64,000 nucleotides of DNA from Macrostomum lignano (GCA_002269645.1 NIVC01001637.1:1-64000); one strand, 5' to 3'. Positions 12,223 through 23,885 are shown, numbered from the stretch's first letter. The notes: a model not told the origin generated them from the letters alone. Numbers and translations: made by a program.

Positions 12223-13225
12223 AAATTCTAAGAGTTATTAAGCAGTACCAGAGAACAAGTTATTTATTTTTCCAGCCTAAACTGCTTCCTAATATAGTAA
12301 TTTACAAGAGGAGGAGGGGTGAGCAACATACGTTTAAACAAAAAAACAATGGAATTTATAACAAAATAACGTTTTAGAACAAAATTATACAATAAATTAA
12401 AACAAAAGGGGAGAAATTTGCTGATTGGTTGGGATACAATGCACATGGTTAATTACTATAAGTAGAATGATTAGGTTATTTATACATGTACAACCCTGCC
12501 TCAGAAGCTTATTAAATCTATGAAAGACGTCTTAACTGATGATTTCACCGAAAATTTTACATCATGGCGCCAACGTAAGTTCGAATTTAAGGATACGCAA
12601 GCGTTATAGAACGGGCCCAAAAACTCTACCGTCAAATTTACGATTTGACTTATGCATTTTTGTCAAGAATTTTGGAGATAGCATTAACTTGCAGTCGATT
12701 TCCTTTTAAATAATTTTGGTGAAATTTAATAATAAGATGTGACGGCTCGTCTACGGCTGTGCGATCGAGAAAGGAAAGTTATATTTTTTTGATATTTTAT
12801 TTTTTTGAGACGATCTATTTTTGAGACGATGTACGCAAACAAAAGAACGAGATAGAGAAAAAAGAATTGTATCTTTGGCCTTGACAGAGACATATTTAGT
12901 TAATTTTAGTAGGTTCATTTATGGGACCAATTCAAATTCATGATAGTTTCTATGATAAAAACGAGTCTAGAGAAGAAAACAGATTTAATTTTGTTACAGT
13001 TTAAACCAAAGCCCATGCATACTCAGCCATTTATAGCAAGAGCTTTTTGATTTGGTGCTGAAGATTTCAAGATTTCTAAAACAATTTGTAATAAGATTTT
13101 GAATCCAGGCAGTTGATAAAAACTTAAAATCGCAGCTACACTGAAGCTATTTTAATATACTCTGGGCTAAAAGGTATCTCGTCAGGTACTTTAACTCGTC
13201 GCGGCTCTTTGGCCATCGATTTCAT

Positions 13226-14981
13226 TCAAAATCGAACGTAGAAATCGCCATCCACGCTGGCCAGAGGTGTCGGCACGAGGGCGAACTTCATCAGACTACA
13301 CAGCTGCAGGTTCTCGTTAAACAGAACAGATTGACAGTCGGATTTGCATAGCAACAGACAGTTTGCTGGGCTGCTGGCATTGGCATTCCAGTACTCGTAG
13401 GCAGAGACGGAGCTCAGCACGGAGACGTACTCTCGGCTGGATCGCTTGAAGAAGTCCGAGACTGGAAAAAAACAGAAAGAAGTAGAAAACTCTTTTGAAA
13501 AGAAGCATAGAAAAGAGATGAACGATGGAAATACGGATTCAAACAGGAGCTGTAGTGGGGAGCCTAATTAGCTACCTAGGAAAACCCCACCAGTTGGCTT
13601 AACCAGTGTTGCAGTCTACCTCGCAGGCAAACTCAATTAATGCATCATATTGCCTTAAGCTCTTAAATTATGAATGTTCAGGGCTTAACTGCTGTAATAC
13701 ACATGCGAGCCCGTCATACTTCTGTTTGCCTAGCGTAAAGTCTATTGCAACTTTGTCTGTTGCAATTGTCTTCCTATTCTGAATAAGATCTGATAGGACT
13801 GGCAAAATAATTACAGCAGCAGAGCGACAGCTATGAAATCATTTTCCGAGTCGATTGTTATTAAATAATGACACTGAAGATATGAATTCTATACATGTAG
13901 ATGCCGATTGTCAATAATCTACCTAAGAAAGAGATCATAAAGGAAGAATAAACTTTAGGCAAATAAGCATAGATTTGGTAGCTAAATATGTCGTGTCTGT
14001 TGTTAACACTATAGTTGTGTCTATAGCACAATAACAATAAATAAAGGGAATAAAGGAGAAGAGAGGAGGCGATGGGGTGGAGAGATCAAATAGGAGAGGA
14101 GAGAGGGGAGGGAGAGAGGAGATGAAGTAGGAAAGGAGAGGAGAGAAAGAGAGGAGAGAGAAGGGAAGGGATAGGAAAAGTTGAGAAAAAGAGAGAGGAG
14201 AGGAGAGAAGATGAGATGAGAATAGAGACCTGAGAAGAGAGAGGTGAGAGAAGAGAGCTGAGAAGAGGGAGGTGAGGAGGAGAGTTGAGAAGAGAGTTGA
14301 GAAGAGAGAGGTGAGAGAAGAGAGCTGAGAAGAGGGAGGTGAGAGAGGAGAGTTGAGAAGAGAGAGGTGAGAGAAGAGAGCTGAGAAGAGAGAGGTGAAT
14401 GAAGAGAGCTGAGAAGAGAGAAGTGAGAGAAGAGAGCTGAGAAGAGACAAACCTATGGACCGGATTGCTATTGTGAAGTTTTAAAGGACCCGAGGGCCGG
14501 ATAGAGAGGCTTTGCGGGTCGCATGTGATCTATGGTCTATAGGGCTCTAAGAGTACCGAAGTGGCTCACATTCATATTTTAACTCGTAGACAGAGTTGGC
14601 CCACGCGCCGCCGCACTCTTGGGAAGAGTTCCCAGTACAGGATGAGCCGCATGTTGCCAGGCCTCGACTGCCGTAGCTCTAGCCGCAGTAGCACTCCCGG
14701 CCCCCTTGAATGCCCATGTAAGGAAAGCCTCCCAGAGAGCAGATGTCGCCGCAGAGCTCCAGAGTCATTGAAGAAGACAGAATGACGCAGTGAGCATTCG
14801 AATGCACGGAGAAGCTTTTTAGCAAAGTGACTCCCTTCAGTCCGGGCAGATCGCGTGGCGAACTGCCGTCAGAGTAGCAGCCGAGGTAGCTGCGGCTGTG
14901 CAGCCTGCCTGACAGACTCCTCTCTGCTAGGAGCAGAAAAGATAGGGCTAAAGCGGCCGCTTTGAGAAGAATAGCTGGCAT
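13226..14981 (-). pseudogene. WSC-PAN array copy 3, single nonsense codon
   Basis: Exon 1 14981-14570 (MPAILLKAAALALSFLLL...YLGCYSD...CYCG*SYG...CGGAWANSVYELKYE) has TAG at 14681-14679 replacing the conserved Trp codon. Donor T|GTGAGC, acceptor TTTTTCCAG|TC. Exon 2 13461-13226 is intact (CLLLCKSDCQSVLFNENLQLCSL). Confidence 0.88.
14027..14534. mobile_element. hAT/Charlie-like MITE derivative with internal GA-rich minisatellite, in the copy-3 intron
   Basis: Flanked by an 8-bp direct repeat GTCTATAG (14019-14026; 14535-14542). Shares flank TTTTAAAGGACC...GCATGTG and the GA tract with 17317-17895 and 24248-24700. Absent from the homologous intron of copy 2. Confidence 0.65.
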
Positions 14982-17032
14982 TGTGGCTTAGCAAGATGCG
15001 AGAGGCAGCGACGCCTGATTTTAGACTTTTATAGGCTTTGGACTTGCACTATTAATGTGCGGTTCTACTACTAAGAGTAGAACTGTGAAATGAAAATGCA
15101 TAATATTTTCTTCGGAAGCAAAGAATATGCTCTTAGGATGATAACGCTTCTAAGTGAGCTTTAATTCTTCAAGGGGCTAAAACATTTGATGGGTTGCTGA
15201 GAATCGAGAAATCGGGAACACCTTAAATGCTCTTGATCGGGCAGCACAACTTACGCGCATGCATTTTTAAAGGGGCTTAACTAACAAGAGCTCAGAACTT
15301 CAAATAAAAGCTTTAAGAACGTCAGCTACTCGTAGCTCTTCAATCGTAGAAGATCTCAACATTGTTAAGGAATTTTTGTCTTCAAGTCGAAGCTGTACAT
15401 TTGAAAGGAAATGTGAAGCACTTCTGCAGTAGGGATAGGCAATGAAAGCAATGAAGGATTAAGGAGTGTGCAGCTGAAGTACCGTTGAGGTGATTTTGTA
15501 TGCTTGATAATAAAGACAAACAAGACAAAAGGCTTATGAGAAAGATTATTGAGCAAAGCCAGTAGCGACTCTTTGGTGTCTAATCTAGCAAGAGATATCG
15601 TACATGTAGTCACCTTTAGTGTGCATCCAAACATACTAATTATATACCAACATCGAAGTTTTACGAATCGACTAATGTACAGTGACGGTGAATGTCATCA
15701 TACAACACAAATGAGCTTTTTTACTCTTCAATACGGTACATGCATCAGCAATGATCTGCAATAACTCATTTTTCACTTACTTTACCTACTTTGCAATGCT
15801 CTATTCAATTAATTCAGCTACTAATCTCATCTACAAAAATCATGATTAATTTATCCTGCGATGAATTCCTCAAAGTACGAGTGGGAAAATTATATGGCTA
15901 CTATGAGTAGCTGAGTATAAAAACCCTCATATAAAACCAGACACCTAAATGTGCAGATGTTTCCGTATTACAGTAAATATGCTTCATGGGACATAAAAAC
16001 CACTATTCCCTACCTCAAATTTCTCAATACCGCAGGTATACTTGAAAATATTGATTTTTATTTGTAGCATATGGCAATTCTTATCCAAGGACACGAGACT
16101 CTTCAGCTCTTTCAGGCGATTTTTCGTGGCAAAAGTTTAAGGCTACATTTAAAAAAAATAGCTTAAAACACGAAAGCTTTCATACCTAAATATACTGACT
16201 AATTTTTTCTTATCCATGGGGCATTTACTGGTCCAGAGAGGTAGCATTAGCAGCTCTTAAAATGGACATGAAAAAATTAATGGGGCATTTATTCAAATAT
16301 CCCAATGCCTCTTTCTTTTACTCCTAGCAACTCAGACTAAACCAATTCAAGTAGAGTGCTGCATTACAAACACAGCCAATTAAAGAGACTCTTTCCAGTC
16401 TTACTGCAATTTCTGGTTTTGAATGAAGCGTCATGAATTAACAGTAGACTAAAATAATGGCCTCTTTGCCTGCTACAAGCTTCCTCAATGCATCACCAAA
16501 TTTGAGGAAGCCCCTTTCTCAAAAGGGGAATTTTTCCCCTTTTGTTACACTTGCATCCTTCATACTGTTACGAAGAGAATCAAACATAAGAAAAAAGGCC
16601 TCTCACAGCCAACTACCTGAACATTAAATATTCACCTAACCGACAACACAGTGGCTGCACCCTAAGCAGCTGAAGATGGAGCTGCGAAATGTTAGTCGGA
16701 GGCCTCACAACTTGGCAAAACAAGAGAATGAAAACAAAAGAAGCCTTTACTTCCAAGCCTAACTACTTTATAGTAATATTATAGAGTTGTAAGGGCTGAA
16801 AATCAAAGAACATGAGAGTAGTGAAATAGTGCGTTGAAACCACTAGCAGACGGTTTACAAGTTGGTGGATGTCTTTTAAATTGCAGTTTGCAGTGTGGAT
16901 TTCGCACACGTACAATAAGCTAAAAGTCTGTCTCAATTTTGGATGCCGAAGTAGAGCAACTAGTAAGGATATTAAGTGAATTAGTTAGGTATTTTGTTTC
17001 CAGTGCCGTCTCCAATTGCAAGTCTTCAAGCG

Positions 17033-18439
17033 TCAGTAACGAACGTAAAAGTCGCCATCCATTCCAGCCAGGGCTGTTGGCACCAGGCCGAACTTGATGA
17101 AGCTGCACAGCTGATATAGCGGCGAGAAAATCACCGCTTGGCAATCGGCATTGCACCCGAGTAGGCAGTGGGCAGCTGTGGTTGCAGTCATATTCCAATA
17201 GACTGAGTGGCTGCTGAGCACGGCGATGCTGGCTCGTTCGGCGAGTTTGAAAATTGTCGGGTCTGAAAGAATCGAAAAATGAGTTTTCGTCTTTTAAATC
17301 TACGGTATCTCTAGAGCAGGTGTCTGCAAAATTTTTACCCCAAGGGCCAGATAAAGAACCTGCAGCATGGCAGCATGACTGCCGGCGAGAGGAAGGGAAG
17401 AGAAATAGGAGAAAGGAGAGGCGAAGGGAATAAAGGAGAAGAGAGGAGGCAATGGGGGTGGAGAGAAGTAGGGAGATGAAGTAGGAAAGGAGAGGAGAGA
17501 AAGAGACGAGAGAGAACTGAAGGGAGAGGAAGAGTTGAGAAAAAGAGAGAGGAGAGGAGAGAGGAGAGAATATGAGATGAGAATAGAGACATGAGAAGAT
17601 AGAGGTGAGAGAAGAGAGCTGAGAAGAGGGAGGTGAGAGAAGAGAGCTGAGAAGAGAGTGGTGAGAGAAGAGAGCTGAGAAGAGGGAGGTGAGAGAAGAG
17701 AGCTGAGAAGAGAGTGGTGAGAGAAGAGAGCTGAGAAGAGAGTGGTGAGAGAAGAGAGTTGAGAAGAGAGAGGTGAGAGAAGATAGCTGAGAAGAGAGTG
17801 GTGAGAGAAGAGAGCTGAGAAGAGGGAGGTGAGAGAAGAGAGCTGAGAAGAGACAAACCTATGGGCTCTATTGCTATTGTGAAGTTTTAAAGGACCGCTA
17901 TGTACGCCAAAGGCGCTATGTACTTTACCAGATGTTTGGGTAGCAAGCGGACAAAAAGAGCCCTTTATGAATAGCAGAGAAGTCCATTGCTGAGTCTTAG
18001 CTCAGCACAACCTACGGCTATATTCGAGAGCGTAAACCGAATTGGCGCTGGGTCCGCCGCACTGTTGCGAAGAATTTCCCAAGCAGTTGTGGCTGCAAGC
18101 TCCGCTAGCCGCTAGGCCGTGCCTGCCGTAGCTCCAGCCGCAGTAGCACTCCTGGCCCATCTGGACGCTCATGTAGGAGAACCCGCCGAGCGAGCAGATG
18201 TCGCCGCACCGCTCCAGAGTCGCCGCGGTGGAAAGGACGACGCAGTGAGCAACCGAGTGCACCGAGTAGCCCTGCAGAGCAGTGACACCCGCGAGTCCCG
18301 GGAGGTCTCGAGTCGTAGAGTCAGTGTAGCAGCCCAGGTACCTGCGAGTGTAAACTCTGGCAGGCTGACTGCTTCTAGCTAGTAGCAAGCAGATCAAAGC
18401 TAGGGTTGTTAGCTTAATAACGACGACTCGACTCTGCAT
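17033..18439 (-). CDS. WSC-PAN array copy 4, intact: secreted WSC + PAN/Apple-like protein, 217 aa
   Basis: Exon 1 18439-18016 (424 nt; signal MQSRVVVIKLTTLALICLLLA, WSC YLGCYTD..TRDL...CGDICSLGGFSYMSVQMGQECYCG...CLGNSSQQCGG..ANSVY), donor C|GTAGGT. Exon 2 17262-17033 (230 nt) follows TTCTTTCAG| and encodes C-x3-C-x3-C-x11-C (HCLLGCNADCQAVIFSPLYQLCSF). Phases match and there is no internal stop. Confidence 0.88.
17317..17895. mobile_element. hAT/Charlie-like MITE with 28-bp GA-rich internal tandem repeat, in the copy-4 intron
   Basis: Starts CAGGTGTCTGCAAAATTTTTACCCAAGGGCCAGAT (Charlie/MER58-like terminus) right after CTCTAGAG (Charlie NTCTAGAN target consensus). Internal unit AGCTGAGAAGAGAGTGGTGAGAGAAGAG. 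The other end is truncated. Confidence 0.7.
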
Positions 18440-19285
18440 GGTTTGACAAGCAGAAATTCCTAAGGAGAATAATAGCTATTTGGGTTAATTAACAAGCAAG
18501 CAGAAAAGTTGCAGACATTTTATGCTTGCAATTCTATTCTCTGAGCTAACATGATTGGTAAATACCCAGCTCTTACGGACCAGTTGCAGTTTATATCTAT
18601 CTAATTCTCTACTATAAGTAGAAAATATGGTACCATTGTTATAGAGGAGAAGTAAGCTTGTAAAAGTACAAGCAATTTGGTATAAAAATCACTACTCGGA
18701 GGAGAGGGTTGTTGACACCGCGGTGCAACAACTTTGCTGACACCATGACCATCCCACAGCCAGCAGGCAGTGAGGCAATGCTGCTTATTCTGTGTTCATA
18801 TTTCAGGCAGACACCACCTCCTCAAGCACACACAGTGCTCACACAGACATGTAAATTTTCTGTGCCTTGGAGATTAGCTCCTAGTGGGTTTGAATCTCAC
18901 GATAACGGTGCACAGAATCGAACCAGGTGTCGTAACGCGATACTTGGCCTAGTTATTATTTATTAAACTTATATTCAAGTTTAAAAAAACTTTTTTTTTA
19001 AATATAATCATTGCCCATATAGTCAGTCCAATCACTAAGTCAAATAATTTGTTGAAATATGTACAGATTAAGACACGATCCAATTAAGACACAAGCTCAT
19101 GTACGGGTAGCAGTAGCAGCTGCATGCTTACTCAAACTCTTCCGCATATACAAGGGCTCTTCTACATGTATATTTGATCCGGAACACCAGAACAATAGTT
19201 AGTGCATCAGAAAATCGTTTCAACTGTATCACTAAACGTTTCAAGATCATTTTTTTCTTCTCGGGTTTGCTCAGATCTGTTTTGG

Positions 19286-19948
19286 TTACACTCGAGTGTA
19301 AAACGCGCCAACCGTTTCCTTTAAAGCATCCGGTATCCCAGTGAACTTCAGCAGGTAGCAGATTCCATTCTGCTCAGAGTAGAGCACAGCCTGGCATCTC
19401 GTGGTGCACTGGATCAAACAGTCGCTGGGTCTGGAAGCACTCACTGCCCAGTGGACAGTGAAATTACTTGACACCGATATGTAGGCCGGGGGCGATTTTT
19501 TGAACAGGTTGGAATCTGAAAGTTTAGTAGGAGTAGGTAGGACAGGCCTACTGCACTTTTTTTAAAGTGCATGCCCGTCGCCGCACTTCAGTGCCGAATT
19601 CCCAGTACAGTTCATGCTGCAGCTGTGCTCAGGTCGGGAGCCGAACCGGCCGTAGGTCCAGCCGCAGAAGCACTCCCGACCGAACTGCAGTCCAATGTAG
19701 GCGAAGCCGCCATCGGAGCACAAGTTGCCGCACAGTTGGGGAGTCATCTTGTTGGAATCAACGCAGTGCTTCGAACCAGACACGGTGTACCCGTCCAGAA
19801 GACTCACTCCTTTGAGTCCGGTCATATCCCTGTCGGCACTGTCGTGAAAGCAGCCGACATAGGCAAGGCGAACCAGTCTGCTCACAGCACCACCACTGAG
19901 CAGCAAACTGATGAGGCAGCAGCAGGTGATGACGGAAGCTGAACGCAT
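19286..19948 (-). pseudogene. WSC-PAN array copy 5: in-frame TAA before the splice donor (pseudogene or WSC-only truncation)
   Basis: Exon 1 19948-19552 (MRSASVITCCCLISLLLSGG...YVGCFHD..DRDM...CFCGWTYG...KCGDGHAL*KKC), TAA at 19564-19562. 36-nt intron 19551-19516 (GTAGGC...TTTCAG). Exon 2 19515-19286 is intact (DCLIQCTTRCQAVLYSEQNGICYL). Confidence 0.82.
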
Positions 19949-22900
19949 CGTGCAGGGCCTTCAGCTTCTCAACTAACGCTTTCAGAGTTGTATTTAAATT
20001 GTCTCGACTACTGACAAAAGCAACCAGCTCAGATCAGCGAGGCGAGGCTGCAGTGTGTGCCCGGGAGTCCATTAGCAGATGGATTATCAAACAGAGCAGA
20101 TCATTGGTGTTTCTGCCGGGAGTTCTATAGCCAATACAGACAGGCAGATATATGATAAAAGAGCTTATATGCACTTGTGTAAACATTTGCGTTTTGCAAA
20201 CAACTGTTACCAATTCCTGATGTGGGTCTAAAAGCTACTAGTAACTGATTCTGCTTCCGACAAAAATGTTCAATTATTATCACTGATGTAATGCAAACTG
20301 GATAATAGCTCGCAACTAGGAGCTGGGAGCAGACTAAGCGTGAATTTCAGTCCAAAATTAAAACCAGAAGAATCTGGAAGATATTCTCTGGTAAAAAAAA
20401 TCTTAACACTGAAGCGAAGTTGTTTCAAAGTCATCGTGGTACTTTATTAGAAAATTTACATCGCTAAAAGGCTTTTATACACGAACTTGGGCAAAAGAGA
20501 TTTCGCCACAAGGTTACTCGTAGAGCTACCAACGGTGAATTCTTCTCACAGTTTTTGCTGCGCACCACCTTCTTAAACAAGAAGTAAGTGGCCAGCCAGA
20601 GATATTCATATCAATGATTCTGCCAAGAGGTCAGATTCTTCCTGTTCTCAAGACAAATAACTTTTGCTCAAACTCTCGGCAGGTTTTTGACTATTGCCAC
20701 AACGCACTCTCACGAACAAATTCAAGCCATCGTTCCTTTTATATTTAACTGCTAAATGACACACGAAAGATTGGGGTGGGGCTGAAATTGCATGTACACT
20801 AAGCGATAATGGGGGGCGGGGCCCGGAGACGTACATATCTTCGATATACTAAAATGAGACCTACAACTATAACTAACAACAAAACATAAATAAAAAGCCT
20901 ACGCAACACTTCCCATAAGCGCCAGTGAATTCAATGCACCCCTATGCGCTAGTCAGCAGACTCAGCACTGCGCCGAAACAGGGATTGAAATTTAAGAAAT
21001 TAAGTAAATATATACTCAGCAGCATTGAAGAGTCGTCGCTCTGTAAGGTTTGGTGTAAATTAAGGAAAGGGAAGAGCTAGGCGGTGGTTCTTTTAGTTTA
21101 ATTGGTGCTATAGGAAGGAAATAAGAAAATGGGAAAGAGTGGAGAGTTGGCGATGCGCCTGCCGCATATTTATAGATATGATTTGGTTTTCCGAAAAGTT
21201 CTAGAAATATTTCTTGTAGTATAACAAATTAAAAGCGCAGATAAATTGCGGATGACTTTACTGATATTAACTATGATATTCAAATAAAATAAATTAATTA
21301 ACAATCACCAATAAATGCTTGAAATTATGGTATCATTAAGCAAGAGAAATTTCTGGAAAGATCGCTACATACATTTGGATTTGTGATTTCTAGAGTGTTC
21401 GATAATTACGGTAAATGGAATTTTCGGGAATGAATAAAGGTCGCTACAACAGTTCACGCCCCCACGGGCGTCGGAGTCCTCATGAGAATAGGCAATAGTC
21501 AATAGGATTGTATAGGTACATGCATTAATTACATGTACATGCGTGGTGTATGCAGCTAATATTCAATAGGGTGGGTGATGAAAGTCTGTGGTGTGTGCTG
21601 TGGCAGATCCGCTCGCGTCCTCGACTGACGCTCCCGGTGGCGTATGATCGGGCGTGTGGCCGACTGTGGAGGATGCCAGGATACCGACTGTAGAGGATGC
21701 GACACCCTAGACAATTAAATGCACCGGACTACCGGAGGCGGGCTGTGGCCGAGAGAACCAGGGAAGCTTGGCACGATACATATGCTGCTGTAGTGGCTGA
21801 ATTGATGTACCGTCGGTTGCGCTGTGTTGGAATGGAACTGGCGGCCGGTCCACGCGTGCGTCCTCCTGCGATGCTCCAGAACGGCGGATTGTCGCTTGGG
21901 CTGGCACGACCTGCGGAGAATGCCAGAATGCCAAAGTACAGACGGACGACTCCCGAACAAGGCGCCGCGGAATCTGAGGCGGTTAGTCGCTCTGCGGCTG
22001 GGGCAGCGCAGAGGGGCGCATGTGCAGGCCCGAATGTGCGATGGAAATGAGTTGGCTGGCCATGTCGCATCCAAGGACAACTTAATTAGAAGGACTGAAC
22101 AATCCAAAATCGTGGAAATTTTTTGAAGGCCAAATTTTGCAATTGAGCCATGTCTGACCGGATTGATGAATCGCGCAGATTTTTGCTCAGGATATACAAT
22201 TACATGTGCTCTTTCGATTGCTGAATGGCCTTTTATATTTTCCCCCAGAATACGAAAGAGTTGACTTTTTAGTACAGTACCCCGTAGATTGTATGCCTTT
22301 CAATACAAAATCTTGACTTCTTTTTGGCAGTGGAAAGCAACACACACCACGTTTATTAACCAGTAAAAGTAAGTAATGCTCATAGTCAGTTCAATTAGCT
22401 AACCTTTTGACCTCTGACTTCGAGTCAGTGTAAGAAACAAGATGATTTTTAGGTCATTTTGTGAAAAAGAAGGGAACAAAAAGTAGTATATTTATGGAAG
22501 GCAATTGGAAACAAATGAATGCTGAAAAATGTAAGAACAAAGAACATAAATTCATTCTAAACATCACCGGAAACAATTGCATTTCATAGATCAGTAAAAA
22601 TAATATTGATTGAAAAAGCATCAAAACATGAATTCGAACGAAAATAAGTACACAGAAGCATTAAATACAGTAGCTATCGTAAATTGATTAAGCAGATTAC
22701 AAAACTTTAAGACATCTTTAAGACTTAAAGCCAGTGAGCAATTTCTCTTGGACTATTCTGAAATAAAAGATACGAGAAAACTGATCGGGGTAGCTTTAAT
22801 CCGTCCAACCCTCGCACACCGCTCCCCCACTTCATTCCTCAAGTCTGCCGCGAAGTAACTACATGTAAGTTGCGTCACTCGCAAAGATTGATAGACTTTA

Positions 22901-23177
22901 CCTGCACTCTCAAAAGTGGAGACCACAGATCGCGGAATCTTCTGTGATGGCGAATTTTTTATGCTGCTGAGTGTATGATGTAGTGCTTGCGAAATATTCG
23001 CAAAGATCATGAATTAATGAGCACGAGGTTGGTAAAAATGCACACGATAACACACTGTAAATTTGAACCCTTGAGCAAAGTTGGCTTTATGGTTTTAAGA
23101 AGATCAATCTGTTAATGAATTTGCAACTGGTTATAGCTGCTGTATGAACCAGGAAATGGACGCACGACACAGACATT

Positions 23178-23400
23178 GTAGCCTATTGGCCAAGAGCTTT
23201 AGACTCACGAATAAAAGGTCGGGGGTTCGATTCTCGATCCACTCATAACAATTTGTGTCCTTGAGCAAGAGACACTAAACTCTGCATTGCTTCAGTTCAC
23301 CCAGCTGTAAAATGGGTGCCAGCATTAGCTGGGCTAATTGAGGGTGTGTGGCGACCCCCCAGTCCTTGGACTGAACAGCCGTACGCAGCCTTTAGATTGT
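23178..23400 (+). mobile_element. tRNA-derived SINE with CORE-like central domain, copy 1
   Basis: Box A-like TAGCCTATTGG and box B GGTTCGATTC, then TGTGTCCTTGAGCAAG...TTGCTTCAGTTCACCCAGCTGTAAAATGGG. Homologous to 25231, 40686 and 50244. Confidence 0.85.
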
Positions 23401-23885
23401 TAGTTCGCAGCCAATGACTATTGGTAACTAGACGACCAACTTGTAGACTAAGAAAATAAAAAGCTAATTCAAATGAAATATAAAAGTAATCTAAGCTTAC
23501 GATAGCAAATCTTTTTTAGTTTCAAAGAATAAAAGCTAAAAGAATTGAAAAAATATTATTCATTGTTTTGTAAATAAAAATTACCTAAAAAATCAAGTTA
23601 TGTATTTAAAAAACAAATCAAGTATACTAATAGCAAGTAAAATAGACATCTGGAAGCTACCAGCGAAATTACGTGCAAGCTTTCAAACATTGTAATTTTA
23701 TAAAGAAATTATTATAGATGTTTCTCATTAGAAATCTGTACCTGAAGTTACTAAATTATATGCTAAATTACTAAATGTAAATCTTGTTACTAGACTTCTT
23801 GATTAAAAATTTAAACAAACTGTAATTACGAAATTTCTAAACTAGATCAAAAGTCACAGACAAAGTCAAGCAGTCGTCGATTTTC

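Noticed and set aside
13935-14450. Leu/Ser-rich or Arg/Glu-rich ORFs (also 17335-17856, 24200-24717)
   Set aside because: Translations of the GA/CT low-complexity interior of intronic MITEs.
14679-14681. Stop-codon reassignment or programmed readthrough (TAG in copy 3, TAA in copy 5)
   Set aside because: DNAJC25, PAM16 and FARSB terminate at TAG, and PAN exons terminate at TAA/TGA. The TAG is a one-step change from a conserved TGG, so simple nonsense mutation explains it.
23178-23250. tRNA gene calls at the SINE heads (also 25390-25457, 40686-40740, 50244-50312)
   Set aside because: A/B boxes are present but there is no consistent cloverleaf, and each continues into the same SINE body.
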